Positions 4,997-5,630 of a DNA stretch of 5,630 nucleotides are shown in pieces. The notes below the pieces were generated by a model. The model worked only from the letters and a program-made list of their open reading frames with translations, was not told where the DNA came from and did no database searches. This DNA comes from a virus: positions 1 to 5,630 of the IMG/VR virus record IMGVR_UViG_3300038566_000082. One strand, written 5' to 3'. The translations under genes were made by a program, and so were the position numbers. Positions within the stretch are counted from its first letter, which is position 1. Each line of letters starts with the position of its first letter.

Positions 4997-5630
4997 ATGA
5001 AAGATCCAGTAAGCACAGCGATAAACGCAGGAACTTCAATACTTGGTATGATAGGACAAAGCCGAGAACAGAAAAAACAACACGAAAGGAACAAAGAGCT
5101 AATGGGAGTACAACTAGGAAACCAAAAAGAGCTAAACGAACAAGGTTCAAACCTACAATATGATATGTGGAAAAAGACTAATTATCCGGCACAGATGGAA
5201 ATGTTAAAGGAAGCTGGATTAAACCCAGCACTATTATATGGAATGTCGGGCGGAGGCGGAACAACTACAGGAAGTCAAAGCGGAGGAAGCGCAGCAAGCG
5301 CAAAAGCACCTGAACAAATAGATGTAAGCGGAATGCTATCTCTATCAAAACTCAGAGCAGAAACTAAACTACTAGAAAGCCAAGCCAAAAAGGCAGAAGC
5401 TGAAGCAACAAAAACAAGCGGAGTAGATACTGAGAAAGGATTCGCAGAAATAAATAAAATAAAACAAGAAACAACACACGAAGAAGTAAAAACCAAATTA
5501 ACACAAATAGAATACAATCTAAAGAGCATAGAGGAACTCTATAAAGCGGATGAAATAACAACCAAAATAAGAGCAAATCTAGCAGAAGCAAAAAAACTCG
5601 AAACAGAGGGTAAACTACTAAAAGATCAAT
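4997..5630 (+). CDS. VP2: VP2-like DNA pilot/minor capsid protein, N-terminal portion. It runs off the 3' end of the window and continues at base 100. The full gene is 987 nt (328 aa) on the circle.
   Basis: Hand translation from ATG 4997 gives MKDPVSTAINAGTSILGMIGQSREQKKQHERNKELMGVQLGNQKELNEQGSNLQYDMWKKTNYPAQMEMLKEAGLNPALLYGMSGGGGTTTGSQSGGSAASAKAPEQ... with no stop before the window end. MW---NYP-QM--LKEAGLNPALLYG followed by a Gly/Ser-rich linker is the hallmark of microvirus VP2. The ORF track missed this gene because it has no stop inside the window. Confidence 0.85.
   Translation, partial: MKDPVSTAINAGTSILGMIGQSREQKKQHERNKELMGVQLGNQKELNEQGSNLQYDMWKKTNYPAQMEMLKEAGLNPALLYGMSGGGGTTTGSQSGGSAASAKAPEQIDVSGMLSLSKLRAETKLLESQAKKAEAEATKTSGVDTEKGFAEINKIKQETTHEEVKTKLTQIEYNLKSIEELYKADEITTKIRANLAEAKKLETEGKLLKDQ
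5532..5630. repeat. Terminal direct repeat, right copy (identical to 1..99).
   Basis: I compared it base by base with 1..99. Confidence 0.95.

Noticed and set aside
1-5630. Looked for tRNA-like cloverleafs, CRISPR repeats, an integrase or recombinase, att-like sites, toxin-antitoxin pairs and defence or anti-defence genes.
   Set aside because: I found no spaced direct repeats, and no ORFs beyond the microvirus core plus three small unknown ORFs. Nothing supports lysogeny or a mobile-element cargo module.

Overview
The window is a complete circular Microviridae (small ssDNA phage) genome, linearised with an exact 99-nt terminal overlap (1..99 = 5532..5630), so the unit length is 5531 nt. All credible genes are on the + strand. 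In order they are: the C-terminal part of a VP2-like DNA pilot/minor capsid gene that wraps the junction (3..452), a 372-nt GC-rich structured non-coding region (453..824), the VP4-type HUH rolling-circle Rep (825..1859), three small hypothetical ORFs (1908..2565, two of them overlapping out of frame), the VP1/F-type major capsid protein (2562..4556), a 114-aa conserved small protein in the scaffold position (4567..4911), a terminator-like hairpin, and the N-terminal part of VP2 (4997..5630). The + strand is strongly A-rich and T-poor. The minus-strand ORFs in the track therefore look like Leu/Ser/Phe-rich antisense artefacts. I see no tRNA, rRNA, CRISPR array, integrase or transposase. The stretches most worth follow-up are the structured intergenic region (candidate origin or regulatory elements), the uncharacterised small-ORF cluster between Rep and capsid (including a transmembrane candidate lysis protein), and the long variable insertion in the capsid protein. 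All homology statements rest on recognising motifs by eye. No database search was run.
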